Assembly: GCA_964348575.1 (NCBI GenBank)
Contig: CAYGDD010000001.1
Location: 1-49,511 of the forward strand
Length of the DNA stretch: 49,511 nucleotides
Direction of reading: 5' to 3'
Source: an uncultured Candidatus Saccharibacteria bacterium
GTDB lineage: Bacteria > Patescibacteriota > Minisyncoccia > Phycocordibacterales > DATDSR01
The notes beneath the pieces are model-generated. The model was not told where the DNA came from. It saw only the letters and a program-made list of their open reading frames with translations, and searched no databases. Shown here piece after piece: positions 26,826 to 35,945 of this stretch. Positions within the stretch are counted from its first letter, which is position 1. Each line of letters opens with the position of its first letter. Position numbers and translations under genes: made by a program.

Positions 26826-27949
26826 AAGTTTTATCACTAGGAATCGGCACGCAACTATTTGACACCAAGGGTAAGGTGGCTATGCGCATCCGTGAGCATG
26901 GCAAGCAGGTAGCAGAGCTGTGCATTATTACTTACACTGGACCTTCTTACAAATCAGTTACTATTGGCAATAATGTGCGCGTATATCCTACTAATAGTAG
27001 CAAACGCTATAGATATTTTTACGACTCGCTTAAACTTGCTTGGCCAATTATCAAAGAGTGGAAGAAGACGACAAATGAGATAGTTATCACTAGTCAGGAG
27101 GGCATGACTAATATCCCAGCCATAATATTATCTGTATTCTTTTGCCTCGGGCTAGAGGTCCAGATACATACAGATGTTCTTAGTCGGTACTTTAAGCAAG
27201 AGTCCTTAACCAACAGACTCCGGTTGGTGGGTTATTGGCTGGGGGTAAAGAGGGCGCGCTCTGTGCGGGTGGTCTCTCGGCGCATTGCCCGTTTACTCAT
27301 TACAAGATGGAGAATAGATGGCAAGAAGATAAGTGTTCTGCCGGTGTATCTAGACAAAGATTACTGGTTACAGCCTTATACTAGTCGAGATAATCTACAC
27401 CAAAGATTTCCCCAGTTTGACAAGATCATCCTTATGGCCAGCCGTTTTACAAGGGAAAAGAATTTACCCCTAGCTCTTGAAGCAGTATCACGAGTGCAAA
27501 GCAAGTTCCCCAGGACTGGCCTAGTTATTGTAGGTGGAGGTAGTGAGCAGGCAGGGCTAGTGGGAGGGGGTGTAGTGGTCTTGCCTTGGGCGCTAGAGCT
27601 CCGAGATTATTACCACTCGGCTGACATCTTCTTGCTTACCTCTAACTATGAGGGCTACGGCCTAACTCTTGTCGAGTCTGCTCTCTCGGGCCTACCTATT
27701 GTTACTACAGATGTAGGCGTAGTGGGGGAGTTAATAACTCCACATAATGCTCTCGTGGCACCAGTAGCAGATGTGGGCAAGCTAGCGGACTGTCTTAACT
27801 TCTTAGTGCAGAATGATGAAGCTAGACGCATGATGTCTAAACGCTTACTACAGATAAGCAAAAAGTTACCAGACAAAGATGCCTATATGAATTTGTTTAA
27901 AGCTAGCCTAGAGAGATGTATAGTTAAACATGATACCCCAACATCTTGA
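26822..27949 (+). CDS. GT4 family glycosyltransferase
   Basis: TSNYEGYGLTLVESALSGLPIVTTDVGVVGE. ATGA overlap with the upstream gene. Confidence 0.75.
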   Translation: MKVLSLGIGTQLFDTKGKVAMRIREHGKQVAELCIITYTGPSYKSVTIGNNVRVYPTNSSKRYRYFYDSLKLAWPIIKEWKKTTNEIVITSQEGMTNIPAIILSVFFCLGLEVQIHTDVLSRYFKQESLTNRLRLVGYWLGVKRARSVRVVSRRIARLLITRWRIDGKKISVLPVYLDKDYWLQPYTSRDNLHQRFPQFDKIILMASRFTREKNLPLALEAVSRVQSKFPRTGLVIVGGGSEQAGLVGGGVVVLPWALELRDYYHSADIFLLTSNYEGYGLTLVESALSGLPIVTTDVGVVGELITPHNALVAPVADVGKLADCLNFLVQNDEARRMMSKRLLQISKKLPDKDAYMNLFKASLERCIVKHDTPTS

Positions 27950-27950
27950 T

Positions 27951-28937
27951 ATGAGAATCTTAATTACAACGCAGAAGGTGGACATGGATGATAGTAACTT
28001 GAGCTTCTTCCATGCGTGGATCGCGGAGTTTGCCCGCCACTATGAGCAAGTGACGGTGATTTGCCTTGAGCTGGGTCGGATAGAGTTGCCAAGCAATGTG
28101 CAAGTCTACTCACTGGGTAAAGAGCGTGGTAATTATAGAGTTGCTAGACTGTTTAACTTCTACAAATACCTTATTAGCCTTTGGTCTAAATATGAGCGCG
28201 TCTTCGTCCATATGAACCCCGAGTACGTACTCCTAGGTGCCCCCCTGTGGCGCATGGGTGGCAAGCATGTCTCGTTGTGGTACACACATAAGCATGTAGA
28301 TTCTAAATTGAGGTTGGCAGAGAAGTTGATCAATATTATCTTTTCGGCTTCGCCCGAGAGCTTCCGGCTTGCAAGTCACAAGTTGCGCGTAGTGGGTCAC
28401 GGCATAGATGTTAATAAATTTAATCCCAATGACACAAAGTGGGAAGAACGCGGGGGAATTTTATCAGTGAGCAGGATTAGTCGCGCCAAGAACATAGAGC
28501 TCATAGCCACGGCTACAGATAGTCTTGATGTGCCAGTGACAATAGTGGGCGAGCCGATTACAAAGCAAGATGGTGATTATTATGACTCCCTCCTAGCTAA
28601 GAATTATGGCAATATTAAATTCGCAGGGCCAAAAGCTCACAGTGCTCTCGGGCCATATTATAAGAGAGCAAAAGTCTTCATAAATTTAAGCGATACTGGG
28701 AGTATAGATAAGGCAGTCCTAGAGGCTATGGCCAGTGGGTGCTTGCCTCTTGTTTCTAACGAAGCTTTTAGGAGTGTTCTCAATTCTAAATACTTGGTAA
28801 GTAAGGATAGGCAAGAGATAGAGACTAAGGCAAAGAGCTTACTGGCTAGTCCTCCTGACCTCGAGCTAGTTAAATACGTGCGCGATAATCATGGTCTCGC
28901 GCGTTTAATTAAGCTCATTGTAGAGATGCTCGCTTAA
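27951..28937 (+). CDS. GT-B type glycosyltransferase
   Basis: MRILITTQKVDMDDSNLSFFHAWI... and C-terminal SIDKAVLEAMASGCLPLVSN. ATG 27951 follows the upstream TGA by 1 nt. Confidence 0.6.
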   Translation: MRILITTQKVDMDDSNLSFFHAWIAEFARHYEQVTVICLELGRIELPSNVQVYSLGKERGNYRVARLFNFYKYLISLWSKYERVFVHMNPEYVLLGAPLWRMGGKHVSLWYTHKHVDSKLRLAEKLINIIFSASPESFRLASHKLRVVGHGIDVNKFNPNDTKWEERGGILSVSRISRAKNIELIATATDSLDVPVTIVGEPITKQDGDYYDSLLAKNYGNIKFAGPKAHSALGPYYKRAKVFINLSDTGSIDKAVLEAMASGCLPLVSNEAFRSVLNSKYLVSKDRQEIETKAKSLLASPPDLELVKYVRDNHGLARLIKLIVEMLA

Positions 28938-28953
28938 TGTTAATCTGAAGTCT

Positions 28954-29382
28954 ATGTTAGAACTTATTAGCAAATATTCTCTCTTAATTAGATATGTAAT
29001 ATCTGGAGGCACAGCCGCGCTTGTGGATATTGTCATACTCTACATTGCGACCGAGTACTTCGGGGTATGGTATCTGGCCAGCGCCGTGTTTGCCTTCACT
29101 CTTGCCTTCATTGTTAGCTTCTTGTTGCAGAAGTTTTGGGCCTTCCGGGATACTCGTACGCAAGCAATGCACGGTCAGCTCTTCTCGTATCTGGGAGTCT
29201 TAGTAGTAAATATGATTCTTAACACTTGGTTTATATACTATCTAGTAGAGCACGGTAATCAGCATTATGTCATTGCTCAAATAATTTCTGGAGCAGTAAT
29301 TGCCCTTTGGAGCTTCTTCATATACCGCTTTGTGATCTTCCGTCTTGGGGCTAATGACGTCAACGATAATGTTGCAGGGTAA
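28954..29382 (+). CDS. GtrA family membrane protein
   Basis: 142 aa with four hydrophobic helices. LIRYVISGGTAALVDIVILY and the FxLQKFWAFR motif are typical of GtrA-like proteins. Confidence 0.8.
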   Translation: MLELISKYSLLIRYVISGGTAALVDIVILYIATEYFGVWYLASAVFAFTLAFIVSFLLQKFWAFRDTRTQAMHGQLFSYLGVLVVNMILNTWFIYYLVEHGNQHYVIAQIISGAVIALWSFFIYRFVIFRLGANDVNDNVAG

Positions 29383-30958
29383 AAAAATTGTTGTAGTACT
29401 CCCAGCGTATAACGCTAGTCGTACTCTCTTGCGCACATTGCAGGCGATACCCAGAGATGTTGTTGACGACATAATTTTGGTTGATGACTGTAGCAGGGAT
29501 GATACAGTCGAGGTATCGCGCTCTTTGGGGATTAAAACATTTGTACACGAGAAGAATCTAGGCTACGGCGCCAATCAGAAGACTTGCTATAGCGAGGCTC
29601 TTGGGTTGGGCGCAGTGATCGTGGTGATGGTCCACCCAGACTTCCAATACGACCCCAAATATATTCCGGCCATGGTGGCGCCCATAGCAAGGGGCGAGGC
29701 AGACGCAGTCTTTGGCTCGCGTATGGTCCACCCAGAGGACGCCCTAAAGGGGGGCATGCCAAGATGGAAGTGGTATGCTAACAAATTTTTAACCATGGTT
29801 GAGAATTTTATTTTGAGACTTGATCTCACTGAGTATCATTCGGGATTTCGCGCTTATCACAAGCGAGTATTAGAATTACCCATAGAGCTTAACTCCAATA
29901 ACTTTGTCTTTGATACAGAGATTATTGTGCAGATGGCGGTAGCCAGAATGCGCATTTTGGAAATTCCCATCAGTACGCGCTATTTCCCTGAGGCCTCGAT
30001 GATCGGCTTTGGAAAGTCGGTTAGATACGGTCTATCTATTTTGGTTGTTATGATAAAGTATATTCTTCATAAACTAGGCTTTCATCGTGCACAATTTACT
30101 TTCGATAAAATCAAGTCGGGTGTAACTTGTAGGCTTTGTGGTGAAAGGAAAGTGCAATTGCTGAAGAGGGCTACAGCAGAACCAAAGAAGCTCTTTGCAA
30201 AACCTTACGCCATTACCGAAGAAGGTGCAGGGGAGCATGGAGATATCTATAAGTGTCTAACTTGCCGGGCCTCATTTGTTCAAAGTACAGGGGAGCTAGA
30301 GGGACTTTTGCACAATTACTACAAGCAAGCCCCCTTAGATCTGGTATATATCAAAGATGTAGTAGGCAGGAAGAAGACTGCCCGGGAAGTATTAAAGTAC
30401 GTGCAGGGGAAGACGCTTCTAGACTTTGGTTGCAACACAGGCATCTTCTTAGACCAAGCGCGCACACTTGGTTATGACGTTACTGGGGTAGAGGCTTCTA
30501 GTGTAGCTCGCGCTTATGCCAAGCAGAATTATAATCTAGATATTGTAGAAGCTATTCCAGAGGGCAAGCAGTACGATGTTATCACTATCTTTGATGTGTT
30601 AGAACATGTAAGTGAGCCAAAAGCTCTTGTCCAGACACTAAGTTCTAAGCTTACCCCCGGGGGGGCAATAGTTATTACTGCGCCAGATATTGGTAGTCCT
30701 ACGGCGCGTCTAATGGGCAAGAGGTGGCACGCTCTTGTGCCTGGCCACTTAACATACTTTAACAACCACAGCATTTCATACCTGGCTCGCGTGCTTGGTA
30801 TGAAGGTGGTTAAGACTATCTGGTATAAGCGCTACTTGACTGTTGGCTCGATGATAAATAGGTTACTCCGAAGGCAAGATTTGCGAGTGCCGATTATCGG
30901 TGATTTTGTCATTGCGGGTAATACTTATGACGAACCCTTATGGATACTAAAAAAATAA
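29369..30958 (+). CDS. fusion protein: GT2 glycosyltransferase + C4 zinc ribbon + class I SAM methyltransferase
   Basis: GT2 region: KIVVVLPAYNAS...ILVDDCSRDDT...VMVHPD. Ribbon: CRLCGERK...(about 33 aa)...CLTCRASF. Methyltransferase region: LLDFGCNTGIFL...ITIFDVLEHV. Confidence 0.7.
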   Translation: MLQGKKIVVVLPAYNASRTLLRTLQAIPRDVVDDIILVDDCSRDDTVEVSRSLGIKTFVHEKNLGYGANQKTCYSEALGLGAVIVVMVHPDFQYDPKYIPAMVAPIARGEADAVFGSRMVHPEDALKGGMPRWKWYANKFLTMVENFILRLDLTEYHSGFRAYHKRVLELPIELNSNNFVFDTEIIVQMAVARMRILEIPISTRYFPEASMIGFGKSVRYGLSILVVMIKYILHKLGFHRAQFTFDKIKSGVTCRLCGERKVQLLKRATAEPKKLFAKPYAITEEGAGEHGDIYKCLTCRASFVQSTGELEGLLHNYYKQAPLDLVYIKDVVGRKKTAREVLKYVQGKTLLDFGCNTGIFLDQARTLGYDVTGVEASSVARAYAKQNYNLDIVEAIPEGKQYDVITIFDVLEHVSEPKALVQTLSSKLTPGGAIVITAPDIGSPTARLMGKRWHALVPGHLTYFNNHSISYLARVLGMKVVKTIWYKRYLTVGSMINRLLRRQDLRVPIIGDFVIAGNTYDEPLWILKK

Positions 30959-32643
30959 TTTTAAGTATTCTATTTTTGGCATTTGTTATCCGGGTGGTGG
31001 GTATTAGCTATGGCTTACCTATGACTCTTATACATGATGAGCCGGGCTTAGTCTTCGGGGCTCTCAAGATGTTAGAGCTTAAGAGTGTCCTACCCTTTAT
31101 GCACTTGGCTGACTTTGCCGGCACTTTATACTACCCGCCTTATATATCATATTTGTACCTACCGTTTTTTGCTATGGCTATTGGGGTAAAACTTCTTACT
31201 GTTACAAGTAATTTTGAATTGCTTAAAAATTTGCTAATTGCTGACCCCACTGTATTTTATCTGGGAGCTCGGTTTATTTCGGTCCTCTTGGGCACTGCTA
31301 CAGTCTACTTGGTTTATCTTATCGGCAGGCAGATGTGGCAGAGTAAGCGCTCCGGACTCTACTCGGCCCTTATGCTCAGTCTCTCGTACATCCACACCAT
31401 CTTCTCGCATTGGGGCAGACACTGGGTGTCGGTCACGTTTATATTTACGCTTGCTATGTATATGCTATCCCGGCGTGACATTGCGCAAAGCAAGCGTTAC
31501 TTCTGGGCCACATTAATTTTGGGCATTGGCATCGGCTTTAACTTCCAGATGACCATTGGTATCTTGCTCTTGCCTCTGTGGTATCTCTTGTATGACAAGC
31601 AGAGGCTTCGGGATGCTCTCTCTGCCACCTGGGTGTGGAAGCTTGTTTTGCTCTTTGTTAGCCTGCTTGGCTTGGCCTACCTTATCTATCCTGCCGGCTT
31701 CGTAGTCACAGCTAATGACGTTTATGGGGCCTCTAAGGGCCTAGGGGGCCTGTTACTTAGCTACGCCTTCCATGCCTCCACCCTGCTCTTTAACGACCCT
31801 ATTTTGCTCATATTTAGCTTACTGGGATTATATTACGCTTCTCGGCATAGGCGAGAGACACTCACACTTATTTACTTTAGTATAATCTATGTGGCGGTGT
31901 TCTACTTCCTGCTGTTCCAGGTTGATCGTTATATTATGATGCTCTTACCCATACTGGCCCTCTACGCTGGCTATGGCCTTGAACGGATAATTGCCAACAA
32001 GGATGACGTTAATATTTCTACTCCTTCCGATCTTTCTATGTCCAAGAAAATTTTTGTAACATGTATTTTTACTGCAATGCTTGTCCCAATAGTTAAAGCA
32101 GATTATTTGCTATATCTAAATGACACGCGTTCTGTAGCTAACAAATGGATGATGAGCAATTTAGCCCCGGGGACAAAAGTATTTGTCTACGGAGATGCTT
32201 GGCGCATGCCTACCAATGCAAGTGCGGTAGACGAATTAGAAGTGTTGGACCCTGACGCTCTGCGGAGTGTAGATAAGGCCGAGAGAGAGTTAGACAACAA
32301 GCAAGGCCTGCACGTCCTTAATGCATATAATATCAAAGACAAACAATTCTTCGCCAACCTAGAAGCATATCTGAAAGATAATAACTATCAGTACCTAGCC
32401 CTAGACCTAGAGCAAGCCAAGCGCAAAGGCTTTACTCATTTACTTACTCTTGGTGAGCCTGTGCCTTTTGAAGGAGGCGTAGCTAAGTGGGAGGGATATA
32501 TGGATAGGTCGCGCGACGTGGCTAACTGGTTTGGTGGGGGACTTGGAGCGCGCGAAACTATCCCCTGGTTCGCAGGAGGCTTCACCACTCTGTACTCCCT
32601 GCCCCAAAACGGTCCCAGCATAATTATCTACAAACTCAACTAA
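30940..32643 (+). CDS. GT-C fold membrane glycosyltransferase (ArnT/PMT-like)
   Basis: About 11 hydrophobic segments in the first 390 aa, with the early loop motif HDEPGLVFGA. The C-terminal domain is soluble. Confidence 0.65.
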   Translation: MDTKKIILSILFLAFVIRVVGISYGLPMTLIHDEPGLVFGALKMLELKSVLPFMHLADFAGTLYYPPYISYLYLPFFAMAIGVKLLTVTSNFELLKNLLIADPTVFYLGARFISVLLGTATVYLVYLIGRQMWQSKRSGLYSALMLSLSYIHTIFSHWGRHWVSVTFIFTLAMYMLSRRDIAQSKRYFWATLILGIGIGFNFQMTIGILLLPLWYLLYDKQRLRDALSATWVWKLVLLFVSLLGLAYLIYPAGFVVTANDVYGASKGLGGLLLSYAFHASTLLFNDPILLIFSLLGLYYASRHRRETLTLIYFSIIYVAVFYFLLFQVDRYIMMLLPILALYAGYGLERIIANKDDVNISTPSDLSMSKKIFVTCIFTAMLVPIVKADYLLYLNDTRSVANKWMMSNLAPGTKVFVYGDAWRMPTNASAVDELEVLDPDALRSVDKAERELDNKQGLHVLNAYNIKDKQFFANLEAYLKDNNYQYLALDLEQAKRKGFTHLLTLGEPVPFEGGVAKWEGYMDRSRDVANWFGGGLGARETIPWFAGGFTTLYSLPQNGPSIIIYKLN

Positions 32644-32855
32644 CCGGAGGAGGACCGTCCTCCTCCGGCAGGAGTAGGAGGGATATATGGATAGGTCGCG
32701 CGACGTGGCTAACTGGTTTGGCGGGGGACTTGGAGCGCGCGAAACTATCCCCTGGTTCGCAGGAGGCTTCACCACTCTGTACTCCCTGCCCCAAAACGGT
32801 CCCAGCATAATTATCTACAAACTCAACTAACCGGAGGAGGACCGTCCTCCTCCGG
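32486..32855 (+). repeat. tandem direct duplication (period 187 bp) of the gene 3' end plus its terminator hairpin
   Basis: About 32486-32668 is repeated at about 32673-32855. I see one internal mismatch (GGTTTGGTGGGGG versus GGTTTGGCGGGGG). Each copy ends in CCGGAGGAGGAccgTCCTCCTCCGG. Confidence 0.9.
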
Positions 32856-32860
32856 TTTTA
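32831..32860 (+). terminator. rho-independent terminator (copy 2 of the hairpin, the only one followed by a T-run)
   Basis: 11-bp stem CCGGAGGAGGA/TCCTCCTCCGG with a 3-nt loop, then TTTTA. Confidence 0.7.
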
Positions 32861-32876
32861 AGCCTGATCATAGCCA

Positions 32877-32906
32877 TTGACAGTTAGCTTGTCTGTGATG
32901 TATAAT
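32877..32906 (+). promoter_or_regulatory. consensus sigma70 promoter of cassette 3
   Basis: TTGACA (32877-32882), an 18-nt spacer, then TATAAT (32901-32906). Confidence 0.6.
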
Positions 32907-32967
32907 ACACATTGAATCTGAACCCGGTCTAGCGCTTTGCTATGGCCACTAACAACAGGAGGAAACC

Positions 32968-33534
32968 GTGAAAAAGGTTCTTGCTCTATTCGCCATTGTC
33001 GGCGTGGCTATCACCACCTGCTACTTCTTCCCCAGCTTCACTCAGTTGTCGTTCGACACCAGGACGGCATCCTGGCCAAGTGGCGCGGTCGAGCAGATGG
33101 TCGTGGTGTGCGTCGTCCCAACGGAACAGGAGCCGGATCACGTTATGGTCTGGATGCACTCCAAGGTCATGACGGGCACGATCGACCTCTATCCCGTCAA
33201 GAACGACATCGCCGGTCGCTGGTGCCGGGAGTTGGCCTTCAGTATCAACGACAGGGACAGTGGCGAGTTTCTCGACGTCCAACTCCATGCGAGCAGGCTC
33301 ACCGCCAAGCTCTCGCGGGTCGAGCTCTGGCATCCGGTCGACGAGAATGAGATCGCGTGCGCTGTTCGGACCGACGACTTGGATACTGGAGGGTCGGGTG
33401 GCAAGTACGCCCTGAACCTCCGACCAACCGGCAACATTCCGAGAGAACAGCTCCCGGTGCGCAGGTTGTTGGACGCAGGACTGTTCCTCCAAGCGATCAA
33501 GGGTCAGGCGGTCTATCCATCACCCCCCATATAA
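32968..33534 (+). CDS. hypothetical membrane/secreted protein (188 aa) in GC-richer cassette 3
   Basis: AGGAGG (32957-32962) lies 5 nt before GTG 32968. N-terminal hydrophobic segment VLALFAIVGVAITTCYFF. Strong G/C preference at the third codon position. I recognise no family. Confidence 0.6.
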   Translation: MKKVLALFAIVGVAITTCYFFPSFTQLSFDTRTASWPSGAVEQMVVVCVVPTEQEPDHVMVWMHSKVMTGTIDLYPVKNDIAGRWCRELAFSINDRDSGEFLDVQLHASRLTAKLSRVELWHPVDENEIACAVRTDDLDTGGSGGKYALNLRPTGNIPREQLPVRRLLDAGLFLQAIKGQAVYPSPPI

Positions 33535-33541
33535 CCCCCAG

Positions 33542-33594
33542 AGCCCCGGATCCTTTTCGCCACCTTCGGCGGATTGGGTTCGGGGCTATTTTCA
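33542..33594 (+). terminator. candidate terminator of cassette 3
   Basis: Outer stem AGCCCCG (33542-33548)/CGGGGCT (33581-33587) encloses an inner CGCC..GGCG hairpin and is followed by ATTTTC. Confidence 0.4.
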
Positions 33595-33729
33595 ATTAAC
33601 TTGTTTGACGCTCGGTGTTGAACAGTGTTGAACAGGTGAGGTGAACAGATTGGGGGAGTGAAGAAGTGGGGGAGGTAGTTGGAAGTTGCTGGAGTGGCTG
33701 GGACTTGGAGAAGGGAGTAGTGATGGGCG

Positions 33730-33738
33730 TGGTATAAT
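33730..33738 (+). promoter_or_regulatory. extended -10 promoter (TGgTATAAT) 7 nt upstream of the asnB ATG
   Basis: TGgTATAAT at 33730-33738. The spacer GCACGGT contains no SD. ATG is at 33746. Confidence 0.55.
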
Positions 33739-33745
33739 GCACGGT

Positions 33746-35656
33746 ATGTGTGCTATTAATGGGTTTAATTGGTCGGATACGGAGCTGGGAGCTCGGATGA
33801 ATGCGGTTACGGCTCACAGGGGTCCAGACGGCACGGCGGTATATGTAGATAAGGGAGTGACTCTGGGGCATAATCGCTTGAGTATTATTGATCTATCAGA
33901 GTCAGCTAGTCAGCCCATGCATAGCGCAGATGGTCGCTATACAATTACTTACAACGGCGAGCTCTACAATTATTTGGATATAAAGAAGGAAGTAGGCGAC
34001 TATCCGTATAAGTCTAAGAGCGATACCGAAGTGATTTTGGCCGCTTATAGTAAGTGGGGTAGTGGGATGTTAGAGAAGTTTAACGGCATCTTCGCGCTTG
34101 CTATATGGGACAAAGAGAAGGGCGAATTATTCTTAGCCCGTGACCAGATGGGCGTTAAGCCCCTTTACTATTACTACGCACCCGCTACGAGTAAAGAACC
34201 TCCTAAATTTATTTTCTCCTCCGAGATTAAGGGCATTTTAGAGCATAAGTTAGAACGAAGATTAAATCTCACTGCTTTTAACCATTACTTGAGATTGCTG
34301 TATGTGCCGGAACCATTTACGTTGTTTGATGGAGTAAATAAATTGCCTCAGGCGCATTCCGCCATCTTAAATAGTTCTGGTCTTAAGTTGACTCGTTATT
34401 GGAACAAGGATTTAGAAACCCCTATCCCGGAAGAGGTAGATAGGCGGGCGACTTTTGAGAGTCTAAGGAGTATGGAATTGTATAGCAAGATAACAAAAGC
34501 TGTTGAGCGACAGCTGGCCTCAGACAGGCCACTCGGGGTGTATTTATCGGGCGGTATAGACTCTAGTTCGGTCTTGGCCTCTATGAAGAAGTTCAGAGAC
34601 AGTATAGATACATTTTCTGTCGGCTTTGACCTTGAGGAAGGCGAGCAAGAAGAGAAGTTTAATGCTGACTTTAACCTTGCACGACAAGTAGCTAAGCACT
34701 TTAACACCAACCACCACGAACTAACTATAAAGTCAGACCAGGTGGTTGATTTGCTTAAGCAGGCTATATGGCATATGGACGAGCCTGTTGTTAATGCCAC
34801 TATTATCCCGATGATGGCTCTGTCTGAGTTTGCCAAGAATAAGGTGGACGTAGTCTTGGGAGGAGACGGCGGGGACGAGCTCTTTGGTGGCTACGAACGC
34901 TACCAACTCTCCTATAGGGCATCGAGCTATAGATTAACCGTACCAAATTTTATACGTTCGTGGCTTAATAAGTTTCCAAAACTTGCGAAGCTTAATACCA
35001 ATGAGGGAGTGGATAGGTATGCCTTGTTTATGTTCCAGAAGGAAGACGTGATATCAAGAGTTATAAATAGTACTTACGATAACAAAACGATAACTAGGGA
35101 ATACTTTGTGAGTAAGTATTTTCCCGAGAAAGATTACAGAACAGAGAGGGATTCTTTCGAGGAGTTGTTTATGCGAGTAGATCGCAGGACATGGCTAGTA
35201 GATGAGGATTTAAATAGAGGAGATAAGCTCTCTATGGCCCACGGCCTAGAGCTTAGAGTCCCGATGTTAGATAGAGATGTGGTTGAATATTCGGCAACTA
35301 TCCCCGCAAGAGCAAAAATTTTTATAGCAGGCCTAAACTTGAGTGCAACTAAAATCCCAGGGAAAGGGATACTTAAAGCTGCTTTCGCTGAAGATTTACC
35401 CAGCTTCCTATTTGGTCAACCTAAGAGGGGATTTTATTCACCTGTTGCCAAGTGGTTGCGTAGACCAGAAGTGTACAACCTAGCCAAAGAAGCATTTACA
35501 CCAGAATATTACCCACCCAGTGCAGATTTGTTCAATTGGGATGAGATTAATGTGATGCTTGAGGAGCATTATGACAAGAGTAAGTACCACGCCAACATTT
35601 TGTGGTTAGTCCTGTCGTTCCAACTATGGGCTAAAATGTTTAAAATCGAAGTGTAA
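33746..35656 (+). CDS. asnB: asparagine synthase (glutamine-hydrolysing)
   Basis: The start is set so that the protein begins MCAINGF, giving the obligatory N-terminal Cys nucleophile of class II amidotransferases. Also HRGPDG, LGHNRLSIID and the PP-loop LSGGIDSS. Confidence 0.9.
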   Translation: MCAINGFNWSDTELGARMNAVTAHRGPDGTAVYVDKGVTLGHNRLSIIDLSESASQPMHSADGRYTITYNGELYNYLDIKKEVGDYPYKSKSDTEVILAAYSKWGSGMLEKFNGIFALAIWDKEKGELFLARDQMGVKPLYYYYAPATSKEPPKFIFSSEIKGILEHKLERRLNLTAFNHYLRLLYVPEPFTLFDGVNKLPQAHSAILNSSGLKLTRYWNKDLETPIPEEVDRRATFESLRSMELYSKITKAVERQLASDRPLGVYLSGGIDSSSVLASMKKFRDSIDTFSVGFDLEEGEQEEKFNADFNLARQVAKHFNTNHHELTIKSDQVVDLLKQAIWHMDEPVVNATIIPMMALSEFAKNKVDVVLGGDGGDELFGGYERYQLSYRASSYRLTVPNFIRSWLNKFPKLAKLNTNEGVDRYALFMFQKEDVISRVINSTYDNKTITREYFVSKYFPEKDYRTERDSFEELFMRVDRRTWLVDEDLNRGDKLSMAHGLELRVPMLDRDVVEYSATIPARAKIFIAGLNLSATKIPGKGILKAAFAEDLPSFLFGQPKRGFYSPVAKWLRRPEVYNLAKEAFTPEYYPPSADLFNWDEINVMLEEHYDKSKYHANILWLVLSFQLWAKMFKIEV

Positions 35657-35703
35657 GCGTTAAAACAGGAAGAAAATCTATAGGCTACTTCACTTTCAGA
35701 GTG

Positions 35704-35712
35704 TGCTATAAT
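35704..35712 (+). promoter_or_regulatory. extended -10 promoter (TGcTATAAT) 8 nt upstream of the hicB ATG
   Basis: TGcTATAAT at 35704-35712. Spacer ATATATGT. ATG is at 35721. Confidence 0.5.
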
Positions 35713-35720
35713 ATATATGT

Positions 35721-35945
35721 ATGAAGAATGATCGAAGTTTTACAATCGAAACAGAACAAGAGGCAGATGGGCGCTGGATAGCTGAAGTTATTGAGTTACC
35801 TGGCGTTTTGACCTATGGAGGAAGTGCTGAACAAGCGAGAGCCAAAGTAGAAGCTCTTGCTTTTCGAGTACTTGCTGATGAACTAGAAGCTAGTCATAGT
35901 ACTTCACCATCTAGTTTCTCTAATGTGTCGTTCTCTCTTATATGA
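35721..35945 (+). CDS. hicB: HicB-like antitoxin (UPF0150 / RNase H-like fold N-domain only, 74 aa)
   Basis: SFTIETEQEADGRWIAEVIELPGVLTYGGSAEQARAKVEAL is the typical HicB N-terminal pattern. ATGA overlap with the following hicA-like frame. Confidence 0.7.
   Translation: MKNDRSFTIETEQEADGRWIAEVIELPGVLTYGGSAEQARAKVEALAFRVLADELEASHSTSPSSFSNVSFSLI

Noticed and set aside
32486-32855. The 187-bp repeat pair as a diversity-generating retroelement TR/VR pair or as a CRISPR-like array
   Set aside because: There are only two copies with no spacers. The single difference I see is T versus C rather than adenine-specific. No reverse transcriptase or cas gene is in the window.
17630-33594. The three GC-rich single-gene units as integron cassettes
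   Set aside because: There is no intI gene. The units are dispersed rather than arrayed, each has its own promoter or SD, and I see no shared attC-like terminal repeats.
32937-33599. Five further ORFs overlapping the cassette-3 gene on both strands
   Set aside because: The reasoning is the same as for cassette 1. Only the 32968 GTG frame is preceded by TTGACA-18-TATAAT and AGGAGG, and it shows a sensible N-terminal helix and codon bias.
33686-33745. ORF-track start 33686 for asnB
   Set aside because: Class II glutamine amidotransferases need Cys as the first residue after Met removal. Only ATG 33746 (MCAINGF) satisfies this, and it sits 7 nt after an extended -10 box.
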